From contig NIVC01000038.1 of the NCBI GenBank assembly GCA_002269645.1, positions 1,426,001 to 1,490,000 of the forward strand: a DNA stretch of 64,000 nucleotides, in the 5' to 3' direction. Below, one piece after another: positions 51,926-64,000 of this stretch. Position 1 is the first letter of the stretch, and every line of letters begins with the position of its first letter. The stretch comes from Macrostomum lignano. Taxonomy: Eukaryota. Below the pieces are notes generated by a model. It did not search any database and was not told where the DNA came from. It saw nothing but the letters and a program-made list of their open reading frames with translations. Both the position numbers and the translations under genes were made by a program.

Positions 51926-52611
51926 TGTGACGTTGTCAGTTTCAGTAGCCCCGCCAAGGGCCGTTTGGACATACGGTACCAATATTTTAATATTACTAGT
52001 TCCGTATTCTCACGTTTACTGTAAGTAGTGCCCTAGGAATCTAATCAGCTGCGTACAATTGTAACCCCGCGTTCAGCGCGCGATCAATAATTTCTGTTCT
52101 TGTTTTTCTCAGTCAGCCAATAGAAATACGCCGCATTAATTATACTAATTTCTCTCGCGCGCCACCCCCAGCCCGGTCCTTATCAGTTCTGTCTGGCCGT
52201 GCGCTCGGGCCCCACTCTCCTTTCGTCCCTTTGCCTTAGCTCCGCCGCCACCCCGTCTGGGGCCTTCGCCTGTTTAGACTTCGTTAGACTCTCGCACCCT
52301 TGCGAGCCCGTGTAGCTTGTAGGCTCTGACTGCCTTTGCTTGATCATTTGCCTTCTCTCCGCCACGATTTTAGCCACGCTATTGCCACTCCAAGTCACGC
52401 CACTGCTACTACTTAAACTATTTGCTCTATTGTTGCGTGGTTGCCAGCGCATTGTTAATCAAAGTACAAGACGTAATAATAAACTAAATCTGCAGCCAAC
52501 GTTCGCAATAACGCTGATCCATTTACTGCCAAGTGCTACCGCTACAATTCCGCTTTCACTACATTATTTGCCTTCGCTTGTTCTCGAGACCACCACGACA
52601 ATATCGTCACA
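51926..52611. mobile_element. Solo LTR (686 bp)
   Basis: TGTGACG...CGTCACA termini, 5-bp TSD ATGTT (51921-25, 52612-16), AATAAA at ~52478. Confidence 0.85.
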
Positions 52612-54926
52612 ATGTTGAAAGTCAGGCAATGCATTAATAAAATAGAAGTTTTGTTGTTGTCTAAGTGCTATCCAACTATTAAGCGCCCTTTTACGCTTCA
52701 AAATTCTCATTTTAATTTTTTTTGAAATTCTAGAAGCGATCAAATCTAGTTCGTCACATTTAGTTCCTGTTAGCTATATTTATATCTTATTCGTACACTT
52801 GCATTTTGACTTAATACGTATTTTGTGCACTTTTTGTTAAGGAAAGGAATTAAAAATTGTTCAAATTATATACGAAAAAATCATATTAGCTTAACTATGT
52901 GCAACTACGTGAGCCAAACGTGACCAACATAATTACCTAATAATAATGAGAGCTCATTTTCTTAATTGAGCATTCGACGTTTCGATGTTCTGTATGTTCT
53001 CATACAGTCATAAACCAAGAGTTAGAATAAGAGTTCATATAAAACAAACACATTTTTAGCAATAAAATTGTGTGATCATGATCCCAAGAAGCTTAATATA
53101 CTGTAAAATATTTTTAATTCAGCTATCAGAATGAGCTATAGCTACTGGCGAAGTACCATATCATGATTTGTCCTTCCTAAATAGTCTGAAGTAGGCCAAA
53201 AAGGACGGAATTTTATAGCTGAATCTGTAATATTTCGCATTCTGTCATATTCTGCAATAAAGTTTTTCCTATCTATTTTTTTCTGTCACATTGTCATATT
53301 TCAACATTTCTGTCACAATGTATACCCATGGATTAGTTTAGAGGCTAGACCAGCAAGAGAGCGTCTTGCTCCAGATAGATTAACTGTCAGGCCAAATCAG
53401 AAAAGTTATTCACAGAGGATAGCGGCGTTGTTTAACCCATTTAACCTATTACAGCCTAAGAACAAATTAACAATGGCCGACGCCCCATTGCGAGTATATG
53501 CTAAGAAGAAAATCTACGGCCAAAAGAGAAGGCATAAAGAGCAGGAAGACAACGAGCTCCCGCGAGTTAGGGCCGTACACATAGCAAATCAAGAAGAACA
53601 ATGTAAGAAGCACAAGCTGAGAGAAGAAGATAGCGAGCCGAAGGGGAATTTAGTTATCAATGTAGATTGATAACGCTCTTCATGGAGGAGATCCGGTAGC
53701 AGGAAGGAGTAGATCCCATCGACGAACAGGACGAGACCAACTGACGTGCCGGCCAGAGTAGAGCCAGCCTGGGCCTGCACCAGACTCGCTCGTAAACTAC
53801 GCAACACTACTCAGTGGACCTGGGCGAGGAGCCAGCCCCTGAGAGGACCGAAAGCAAACGGCAGGACAGCCCCGGCACGCAGGTGCGAAATTTGCGCAGG
53901 TGCCGCCGCGACCTTAAGCGATTTATTCTAACAACGGGACGAACGGGATAATTCAAGGCCGAGTTATCGGAGGCCTGCATTCAATTACTGGCCACTACCC
54001 CGCCGGCCACTACCCCGCCGAAGCGGTAAGGTGCTTCGAGATCACCTGCTCTTACTGCTTGCAGTACGCGGAAGGAAAGGTGAGAGGTTTAATTTGCATG
54101 AAGGCGACTACCGAACAACTCGAGTCCATTGCCGGCCAGATTGACCCAACTCACCGACTAATCCCGGTCAACGGGTTACTCTACCTATCTGCCCAGAATA
54201 CTCTAAACCTCCGGCCGGCTAAGAAGGACTGGGAAATCCAACTAGATAATTCTTCCGAAACAACATTATTTACACGTGCTCGATGCTATCATATTTTTCG
54301 TTTTTTTACCATCTTTCGGAATTTCTAAGAATAAATACCTTGCCAAAAATTTACCGCTTTTTTGCACCGCATTTTTTCGTGTGTTGTTGTTGTTAGTATA
54401 CACTTGCCATTCTGGACATGCTTAGTTGTCATTATTACTATAGAAATAGAAATACTATTCATAATAATTTCAACTTGCTTATGTAAGATGCTCGACATTT
54501 AGTATATCCGGCTAAGTATCATCGAAGTGCGCTCATTCATGTACTCATTACGTGACCAAATAATTTTACTGTGCATGTAATTAATATTTTCTTCTCACTT
54601 ACCTATACGCATATTCATAATAATTTCGTATGCTCACAACATTAAGTTATAAATCCAGTATATCGCTGGTAAGTGCATTAATATTTCCTTGTGCTTAACT
54701 AATTTCAAATACTTAAATAAATACAAATAATTAATGTACAAAAGAGGTTTTGCACATTTTGTAGTGAGGGGGAAATGTAGTAGAGCATTATTTTAGGAGT
54801 AGAATTAGACACGAGTTAAATATGCTTTTACGCTACTAACAGTAGTTTCAGCTAGGGGAAATAATTAGAGCAGGGGTAAATCGCTAACTTTGGGGTTTCT
54901 TTACAACTAAAGAGCAGTTGGGCTCC

Positions 54927-56458
54927 AAGCCCAAGACCAGAGCGGCAACGTTGGTGCGGGGCGTGGCGCAGCACAACGGTCCAACAACCAAGGACGCTCA
55001 TACGCGTCAGCTGCGGGTCAAGATAGAAATAGAAATTATCAAATTAATAATAATAATAACAATAATGCTGCACCTGGCCGGCAGAATGTTGTTCCCGTAG
55101 TACTTACTTTTGACGGCGACACCGGCGACAGCAGCTTTTCTCAAATTAGTTTTCTCAAGTGGTTGGCGGCCAATTTTCAGGGCAACGCCCGAGCCACGCT
55201 GACCAGGCCAACTAGCTCGAAAAACGGATATCTAGTCTTCCCAGCGACGCCCAGGGATCACCAGATCTTTCTCCGAGGGCATCTGAGGGAGCCGAACTTC
55301 AATAGCGTAGCGGTTAACCGTAGGCTGCTAAACGCCAGACCAACGCACAACAGACCCGCTGGCCGGCCACCTCCAGTTCAATCGGTGCACTCCGTGGTTG
55401 TTCGAGGAGTGCCGGTTGAGATCGAGATGCCGGCATTTATCCAGCACCTGCGGGAGGACGTTGGGTTGAAGGTCGTCTCAGCTAGCCGCATCACATCGCG
55501 AGCAAGTAATGAGCCGACTCACCTCGTCCGACTGTTTTTGCCAAATAAGAGCACTGCGGATGCATGCCTTGCAACAGGCATCGTATCGCAGTTTACTAGA
55601 TATGCCTGCAAACCGAGTAAGACTGCTGCTCCGGCTAGGGCGCTCCAATGCCGTAAGTGCCAGCGATTCGGCCACAGCGCGAACAGATGTCGTGCTGCTC
55701 CGCGCTGCAATATCTGTGCGGCGGCGCATCGCTGGCAAGAGTGCCCGAACCCGGAAGCAGCGAAATATGCCAACTGTGGTGAGGCCCACCGTGCAAATCA
55801 CCGAAACTGCCCGGTAGCGGCCGAGAAGCACGACCAGGCTGCCCGACGCGCTGCAGCCTTTCAAGCCGGTGCCCGGGAAGCCACGGTAGCAACAGCTCCG
55901 CCACAAGCACAGGCAGCAGCAGCAACTGAACGAGCTGCACCAATAGCAACGTCGGCGGCGACGGCAGCAACAGCAGCAGCAGCAGCGCCACCCGCCCCCG
56001 TACCACGACCTGCTTCGATGACTGCGCCTAGGCCGGCCGAGACCGCTGCACGGGCGTCAACGGCGACGGGGGGCAACGATGATGACTCGACCTGGCTCAC
56101 AGGCCGTGGCCTCCCTAGTCGAAAGCGCCCTGTGCGCGACTCGGCTGACTCGATTACTCAGACGCAGCCGCCAAGTGACTTGTCGCCAAATAACAGCGCG
56201 ATGCCCAATATGCTAGCCGAAATGGAAGCCATGGTAAGTGGGCTCCTTCCCAGGCTGGTTCAAGCACTCGTAGAGGTGCTCACGACCCTCGCGCCGAACC
56301 TAGTCGAACGGCCGCCTACTACTGATGGTACCGGTCATTCGTTGCCGGAAGTAGTAGGTAGGGTTCTGACCCGGGTCCTCGCGGGGGGGTCGGAAGATCA
56401 CCAAGGTTTTGGTCAGCTGCTTGGCGCCCCTCGGCGCTGGGTGGATGGCCAGACCTAG
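54927..56458 (+). CDS. ORF1 (RRM-like + 3 CCHC), open from the 5' junction with no start codon
   Basis: VVVRGVP..I..F..L...GLKVVSA.RI..LVRLF; QCRKCQRFGHSANRC, CNICAAAHRWQEC, (Y)ANCGEAHRANHRNCP. Confidence 0.85.
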
Positions 56459-56518
56459 ATAAAAATATATAGTGAATAACTTTCGGTAACAATGCGCAAG
56501 ATAGCTCTAACCCCACAG

Positions 56519-59258
56519 CCCTAGGGCTTAAGATCGCTCACCTAAACTGCAGGGGGATTAAAAGAATTTCGCTCACCGAAATTAAAAGAACTCAGGCTCT
56601 GGGTCTCAGACCAAAAGTTGGATATAGCTATGTTTTCTGAGACCATCCTGAAAAATACCCAAGTATGCACATTTCCGTGCTATGCTGCAGTGCGGTTTGA
56701 CCTTCCGAATACGAAGCGTGGACTCCTCCTTGTTCACTCCCCGAGGGTCAAGGTAGCTGACGTCCAGCTCTCGTATGACAACATCAACCATGAAGTTCTT
56801 ACCTGCACAGTCACCCCTCTTGACGGAGCTTGCCCTGCTTTTAAACTGGCCTTAGTCTATCGGTTACCATCGCCGGACAACCTTGATGTCGGACTAATGA
56901 CACGGCTGTCTTCGGCCAGGTTCTCCCTTATTATGGGTGACCTCAACGCCAGGCACAACTTTTTGGGGGGCGAGAGTCGCAACAACAGAGCGGGTCAACA
57001 GCTTCACGATTGGCTCTGCGGCGACACTATTCATCGTCCCACCGTACTCAACCAACCAGGTCAATTTACCAGGATTGCCCACAGGAACGGCACGGTCTCT
57101 CGGAATGTGCTGGACCTTGGTCTGGCCTCCAGTGACCTAGTCCCCTACATCCAGGACTTCAAAGTGGGTGATGACCTGAATAGTGACCACCTTCCAATTA
57201 TTCTCACCCTGGCGAGCAACTCCCCAGACTGGCACGGGCCGGAGAAGGCCCGAAATTTCGCCAAAGCCAACTGGGAGGAGTTTTAGAACTCGTTGATGGA
57301 GAAACTGGTTAACAAGTGGCCCCCAGACCTCAACACGAGGCAGCAAATCGATGCGGAGGTCGACACCATCGCGAGTGCTATCCAGGAAACCATTGAGCAA
57401 AATGTCCCGGTCAGAAAAGGCCGTAGAGCCCTCCCTCAAAGGATCATTGCAATGATCAAGGAGAGGAGGAGGCTCCGGCGACTCTTTCACAGTACCAGGG
57501 ACGATAACTTCAGGCTCCTTGCGAACAGAAAGGCAAATGAGATCAAGAGTGCCATCCACGCATTTGAGCAAAGCTAATTTACTGAGCTGTGCGAAAAAAT
57601 TGTAGAAAAAAGTCAATGCCGGAATGTCAAAGATTTCTGGCAGGACACAAAAAACTAATGGGGCGCAACAAGGGCACCACTATCCCGTCCTTGAATGATG
57701 GCGCTACCCACGCACACACAGACTCTGACAAAGCTGATATGCTTGCGAGAGCACTTGACGCCAAAATGCGCCCGATTCCATCAACGGATGAAGGTCTGAA
57801 AAAGAAGGTTGAGCAGACTATGAAGCTCCCGCTATTCAGGCCTGTCCCACCGGGCAAAAAACCGCATATGGGGCACCCACTTGAGGCTCCCTTCTCCGTC
57901 ACTGATACTCTTTGGGAGTTGGATCACCTCAAGACGGACAGTGCTCCGGGCCTGGACAAAGTGCAAAACTGCGTCCTGAAGTATGGCCTGGAGCCCATTG
58001 CGGTTACGCGCATAACAAAACTCTTCAACGACTGTTACCGGACAGGGATCTTCCCATCGCAGTGGAAGAAAGCGGTAGTCACCATGATACCCAAGCCGGA
58101 CAAACCGCCTGAATCCCCAGGTTCCTATCGGCCCATCAGCCTGACCTCCTGCCTTGGCAAGGTCTTCGAGAAGCTATTGGTGAGGAGGCTGATGAAACAT
58201 CTTGAGGGCCAAGGTATCCTCGGAGCGGATCCGTGCGCCTACAGGAAGGTCCACTCGACGTACGACAACCTGGTCCGCCTCGTCCAGGACGTCCAGGTAG
58301 GCAAAGCCAAACACAAAAGATTGCTGGCCATTCTTCTTGACGTGCAAGCGGCGTTCGACTCTGTGTGGTACGACTTCCTAAGGTTTAGGATGCATGAAGT
58401 CGACACACCGGACGCCCTCGTCAGGATCTGCTCTGACTACCTAGCAGACAGGCTAATGCAGGTGAAGGTCAACGGGGCGCTCAGCCAGTTGTACGAGTTG
58501 CAGGCGGGGGTCCCGCAGGGCGGCATTCTAAGCCCCTTCCTTTACCTGCTCTTCATCAGCACCATGCCACGGCCACAACATCCAAACCTTAAACGCAGCC
58601 AATTCGCCGACGACATGGCCATCTGGGCCTCGGCGGACTCCTTTGCTGGCCTCAAAACGCTCCTGCAACCCTACCTTGACCAAGTGTGGAACTGGTGTGG
58701 AGGCAGGGGATCAAGATCAATGCCGGCAAGAGTCAGGCTATCGCATTCAATTATAAGCCAACTCAGCGGCTCGATCTTCGCCCCAAGCTGAAACTTGGTG
58801 GCACGAGTCTTGAATACCAAGAAGAAGTCCGGTTCCTTGGCATGAACCTGGACTCCAGGCTGACCCTGAACTCTCATATTGACAGAGTTGTCAGCCACGG
58901 CCGGGCGCTTGCCTTGTCGATCAACCGCATTGCTAAGCTAACCCGGCTGAGCAGTAATACCCTAAAGATGCTTTATAGGGCCTATGTGGAGAGTGTGCTG
59001 ACATACGGCGCCCCCATTCTCAATATCATCGCCCCTAGCAACCTCAACAAGTTGCAAAAAATCCAAAACCTAGCCCTTAGGATATGTTATGGTGCCCCCA
59101 GCTACACGCAAGTGGCCTACCTTCACGAATTGGCGGCTATCCCCATGCTGGCTGATAGGATCCAGGCCCTTGGTGTAGGATGGCTGTCCAAGATGAAGGC
59201 CGCTGGGCACCATGACTTTCATATCGAGCCAGAGCTTCCTAGGGCGGCTCGCAACTGA
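56519..59258 (+). pseudogene. ORF2 (APE endonuclease + RT), several stops and frameshifts
   Basis: HLNCRG..FSET..MGDLNA..LDL..SDHLP; APGLD..YRPISLTSCLGKVFEK..LDVQAAFD..GVPQG..QFADD..RFLG. Confidence 0.9.
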
Positions 59259-60781
59259 CCTCCAGTGCTGAACCGGCTATCGGACAGCCTGAAAAGGAGG
59301 CAAGTAAGTAAGTTAGCTGCAGTGAGCGCGGCGGCCCGCGCGGATAATAACCCGCCCTAAACTAACCCTAATTAAGCTCCAAACTAGTATGCGCGTGCCA
59401 TGCCATCGGCTTCCCCACCTTTTCGGAATTCTAAATCTTCTTCCCCTTTCCACCCTCTTCAGTATAAAAAAATCCATAAAAAATTTCTTGCTTTATTTCC
59501 TTTGCCTTCTTCTCCCCTTCTCATATAAATGCCGTATGCCAGCGCAAAACTACTCATATCAAAATACATTGCGGCTAAATATAAAATGGTGAGCGAGTGC
59601 TTGGCTGGTTGGGGAGTGGCCTACAACCCGGATGAAATCTGGGGAGCTGAACCAGTACACTTTTCCTACCTGTGATCGCTCCTGCTTATATTGTGATGCG
59701 CCGCCGCCTTTTGTATTGTTTTATATTTAGTACTGCCGATTTTACAATCCAATATCTACATGCGCGCCTTTTTACAACTTGGCCAAATTGCGCTTTTTAT
59801 CAGGCTTTTGCCACTTTTTATACACCCAAATTATTTTTATTCATATACCAATATTGTTTTTATTTACTACATTTTACCCATCTAGGACGCCATACCCCAA
59901 CTAAATTATTTTGTGAAATGTCTGCTACTTGTAGTAGTCATTTTTATTCTTATTTCTTATTTCTTTCCAATATATACTTTTTCTTTTTATTCATCAATAA
60001 CTCAAATATCCTTTACTTCTTACTTTTATCCTAAAATGTCTGCACTACTCCCTTTACTGTATGGTCCAGATCTTTGTGAGGACCCCTCTCTACTAGAATT
60101 CCCTCTATTTTAGTTCAAAATAATTTTAGAATCCAAAATGTAAATATCAATATTCATCGTGTTTTTAAACTCGCGTACCAATACTCGTATTAATTTTAAA
60201 CATGCATAATAAATCGGCAGAGCCCTACTTGGGCTGATCCGAGGTGCCCATTACTTGCACCATCGTTTAACAACAACAAAGAGCAGTTGGGCTCCTTAGA
60301 GCAGCCCTTGGTCCGTAGTTGCTTTGATAACTTAAAATCAATTAAGTAGTGAGCTACTAAAGGTATCCACAGTGTGGGCCTCGGGTAGCTCTTGCTTAAT
60401 TGTGCTTAAGCATCTGGGGTGACTACTCTCCTGGCGTCGGCATCGACCTCGGCAGTGACTTTCGGCGACCTCGGCTTCCGCGGCGACTTCAGCGACTCCG
60501 GCCTCGTCAGCGGCTTCTCGGCGCCTGTAGCCTCGGCGACTTCGACGGCCCGTTGTCTCGGCGGCTCGGCTGGTCGGCAGCTCGGTGACTCGTCAGCGCG
60601 GCGCCAGGTGCCTGCAATTGTTCGGCCAGCCTCGCGCGACGTCTGCAACACGGCGCCAGGTCTACCTGCCTAGTAGATACCAGAGCATAGCATCGTTTTA
60701 AGGACTTTTCTTGTACTCTCTAGAATTAGCTCTACTTTAAGTAGTATCATTTGATTTTTAAAACTTTTATTAGTTTTAGAA

Positions 60782-62746
60782 ATGGCCAGCTTGACAGAAA
60801 TGATCAATGGCACCCAGAGATTATCAAACTAGTCACCTGGCTCTACGTTGAACTGGGATTACCACTCTTCAACTCCTGTCTTATCAACTTCTATGAAGAT
60901 GGTAACACGACTATTCCATGGAACGCCGACAACGAGCCTGAGCTTGGAGTCAACCCTACTACGCTCGTATAGCCTCTATCTCGTTAGGTGCTCAAAGAGA
61001 GTTAGTAGTCAAGGCCAACACCTCAAAAATATTGTGTTCAAACAACACCTGGCCAGCGGCAGCGTTCTCATTATGAGTGGCTCAACCCAGCAGCACTTCT
61101 AACATTGCATCACGAAGGACCCAAAGGTCAAAAATATGAGAATCGACTTAACTTTCCGAACAACTCAAGACCCGGCACCGATCACGCCGCACTTCAATCC
61201 TTGCGTGTGTCCAGCAGATGATGCCATTGAACAGCAGCCAATCACCTGTGACCTAGACAATGAAGAGTCAATTCGCCTAAAAGCTCAAGAAGAAAAAGCC
61301 AACTTTGAGCGCATTAGACAATTAAGCCAATCCAGCACTAGTTCTTATCGCCAGCACAATCAATCTAACAACCAAACTAAAGCTAAGGGGTCTGCACCGG
61401 TAATTTTCGAAGTCGCCTAGAAGGGAAGGACCCCATCCAGTTCGAATGGTTGCTCAAGACCAATTTTCCTAACATCAGGGTCAAATCTGTCAAAGAATTG
61501 TACCATTCATCTGGTTACATAGTAATTCCTGAACATCCTAAAGACTTCAATGTACTCCTAAATGGGCCGCTTAAAGTAGACTCCATCAATGGGCAAAAAG
61601 TTACTCGCAGACTTGCCTCTAAACGACCAACCCGTCAAGGCGATGATCGATCACAAATTCTAGGACCTCTCAAGGCACCAAATGTACACTCATTCATAGT
61701 AAAAATGTAAAAAATGCGGTTGATGTCAGCGGCCTAGCGAAACACCTCTCGGAGGGTGACCAGCAGCTTCCAATTGATGGGGCTGTCCGCATCTACTCGA
61801 AGGCTACCGGTCAAGCTACCCCCTTTGTCCGCCTCTTCACTAAATGCCGTGGCGCCATGGACCACTGCATTGAATATGGCATCTACCTTGGACTGGTCCG
61901 GTCCGCTGTGAAGCCTCAACCAGCCTTCCACCAGTCAAAGCGATTCAATGCAAACGTTGCCAAGGCTTTGGTCACCTCGAGACTCGATGCACAGCTGGTT
62001 TCAAGTGCAACAAATGTGCTCAAGACCACTACTCTGGCGATTGTCCAAAGGAGCACAAGTTCAAGTGCGCAAATTGCAAAGGATAGTACCCGGCTTATTC
62101 CTACAAATGTCCAATGGTCAAGAAGGCCAACGAAGCTGCTACAAGTAAAGAACACGAGCGCATTAACAACTTAAAACTAAAACAAAAACAAAAACAAACT
62201 TACCGGAATAACCAGTTGCCATTTGGGAGCCAGACCCTTGGGGAGGTTTTCGGCGTTCCAGGTCCGCAGTCCTATGCCGAGATGTTGCGTCCCAAACCAG
62301 TTCTGCCATCCATGGGTCCAATTGCCTACTCCAACCGAGCTGCTCAGGCTTTCATCTCAGCCTCGGCTCAGCCTGCTGACTCTCTGGCCGCCGCCGCTGC
62401 CGCCGCTGCCAACCATCAAGCGCTGCTTGGTGCAACCAATCCATCTGAGTTCACAACAGCTGCTCCAGCCAATCCGGTCTCGACGCAATCTGGAGTTGAT
62501 TCTACTAATCAATCAGGACCATGTGAGAGGGGCCTTTTCTCTCGGGAAGACGTGCTCGAGGTTGCGTTGCAGGCGCTTGACCGACTCATGAGCATAGAAC
62601 CAGGACGGATGTTCACCCCCTGGGAGGCGGGGCAACTTGTCTTCCGGGTGGTGTCTAAAGTCGTAAGGGTGTTCAGGAATCAGAGAGTGCCTGTTGCAGA
62701 GTCAGGGGACACCAAAGTCGCGCAAGCGAACGGAGGTGGAACCTGA
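60782..62746 (+). pseudogene. LINE-2 ORF1: AlkB-like 2OG-Fe(II) dioxygenase + RRM-like region + 3 CCHC zinc knuckles
   Basis: Reconstructed across frameshifts: FNSCLINFYEDG..IPW(N)ADNEPELG.NP/IASISLGAQRE/L.SGSVLIMSGSTQQHF*HCITK..MRIDLTFR; then APVIFEV..; QCKRCQGFGHLETRC, CNKCAQDHYSGDC, CANCKG*YPAYSYKCP. Confidence 0.85.
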
Positions 62747-63011
62747 ACTCTCTGATTATAAGTTGCTTAGCTTAGTTCAATACGATATTCAATTCTACTC
62801 GTAAAACTCCTACGACAAATACCAAAAGTCACTCCGTTGTGCGGGACTCCCTCAACATTGGGCATCTGAACTGTAACTGGCTCAGCAACAAAATCTATGA
62901 AATAATTTCATGGCTAAATAATGAGGACTTAGATATAGAACTATTCTCCGAAATTGGCTTAGTTGATACAAACCCTTTCTTTGTTCAAGACTACGCTATC
63001 CTTAGGTTTGA

Positions 63012-63813
63012 ACAACAACAACAAGGTACTGCTCCCGCCGGCCACGCAGTAGCCAGAAAGGGGGGAGCAGTCAGAAAGCGCGTCTCTGGGCCATTGCCCT
63101 CAGGAAGTCGCATCCCCCTGCTTTGTCCGGGGCGCCAGCGTCACTCAAAAGTCGGTCAGGGTATCGCACCGTTCGCCCTTGGCCTCGCCTCCGCGGTCCC
63201 TGCAGCTTGAGCAGCAGCACGTCGTGTAGCGGCTCAGGACAGCGGGCCTCCGACCGGATGACGTGGCCAGCCAGTCGAAGTCGCCGCCCGCGCAGCAGGT
63301 CAGAAGGCCGCGTCAGGCGCGCCCTAGTGTAGAGCGCGGCATTGGTCTCGCTGCCTCTCCAAGGCGTCCGTCAGGGTCCAAGTCTCGGCGTTGTACAACA
63401 GGACAGTCTCGACGACTGCCTGAAACAGCCGAGCCTTGAGCCCGTCGTCCAGGGCCTCAGATTGGAGCACGGAGCGCACAGATCGAAATGCGGCCCAGGC
63501 CAGTCCTCGTCGTCTCTTCAGGTCGTCGGCAACGTCCGGCACGGAACCGCCGAGGTACACAAAGCGCTCGCAGCGGGTAAGCATAAATACATTCCCGACA
63601 GCGTCTCGGTAATTGATCTCAGCCGGCAAGTCGGAGGGCACCGTGAACACTACCGTCTTCCGCGCGTTCAGCTTAAGGCCGACCCGCGACGCTGCCGCCG
63701 TCAGGCCATCAAGCAGCCGCTGGGCACCTTCAGCCGTCGATGAAAGTAGCGCGAGGTCGTCCGCGTAGCCGAGAACGGAGAGCCGCTTCTCCGGGTGCCA
63801 AACCTCAAACCTC
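63012..63813 (-). mobile_element. 5'-truncated RTE-clade LINE inserted into LINE-2 ORF2
   Basis: YADDLAL..GLKLN..KT..F.YLG..LLYNAETW..RRLRLAGHV..R.RGQGR; (GTT)n tail; 9-bp TSD taggtttga at 63003-11 and 63814-22. Confidence 0.9.
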
Positions 63814-64000
63814 TAGGTTTGACAAACCTCACTGTAGAAGAGGACTTGCCGTAGCTTATAAAAATAATCTTAACATTATGAATATTAAAAAGTTTTATGA
63901 CAACAGTCACCATGAATACATTAGTTTTGAGGTTTTCTTAAAACATAACAGGTTGAACAAGCTTAATATAGTCCTCTTCTACAGGGCTCCCAACCCCACC

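Larger units (their letters stand above)
54927..60277 (+). mobile_element. APE-RT non-LTR retrotransposon (Jockey/I/Nimb-like, no RNase H), 5'-truncated within ORF1 (LINE-1 of the pair)
   Basis: 18-bp TSD aaagagcagttgggctcc at 54909-26 and 60278-95; (AAC)3 tail; ORF1 and ORF2 below. Confidence 0.9.
60296..64000 (+). mobile_element. Second, related APE-type LINE (LINE-2), decayed; runs off the window
   Basis: ORF1 colinear with LINE-1 ORF1; ORF2 APE start 62839 (HLNCNWL..FSE..RFD..RRGLAV..HEY..YRAP) colinear with LINE-1 APE; true 5' end not determined. Confidence 0.85.

Noticed and set aside
54909-54926. aaagagcagttgggctcc as a conserved 5' internal promoter of both LINEs
   Set aside because: Better explained as a TSD: the second copy directly follows the (AAC)n tail, and LINE-1's ORF1 is open without an ATG right from the first copy.
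59350-59372. Telomere-like CCCTAA motifs in the LINE 3' UTR
   Set aside because: Only two imperfect copies; no array.

Overview
Eukaryotic (animal) genomic DNA: GC-rich exons, GT-AG introns packed with minisatellites, and a nest of transposons. The style suggests a flatworm such as Macrostomum, which is inference only. 1-21,000 holds the 3' 16 coding exons (~2,200 aa) of CFAP54 on the + strand, and almost every intron is filled by its own tandem-repeat family. 22.4-28.3 kb holds a convergent multi-exon gene of unknown function on the - strand, with an intronic tRNA-derived SINE and an internally deleted Tc1-like element. 29.9-64 kb is a transposon nest: four 3' fragments of I-group-like LINEs (three with RNase H); Polinton/Maverick relics (pPolB, adenain-type protease, major capsid); an orphan SRF/MEF2/AP-1/TATA promoter; a very young full-length Gypsy element; a decayed spliced C2H2-tyrosine-recombinase gene followed by a PWWP ORF; a solo LTR; two related APE-RT LINEs; and an RTE fragment. 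The most unusual signals are (1) an AlkB-family dioxygenase fused in frame to a LINE ORF1 (60.8-62.7 kb), (2) a cold-shock domain between the Gag zinc knuckle and protease of the Gypsy element (43.5-43.7 kb), and (3) the zinc-finger/YR/PWWP gene beside Polinton capsid and protease relics. All family assignments come from motif reading by eye; no database searches were run.
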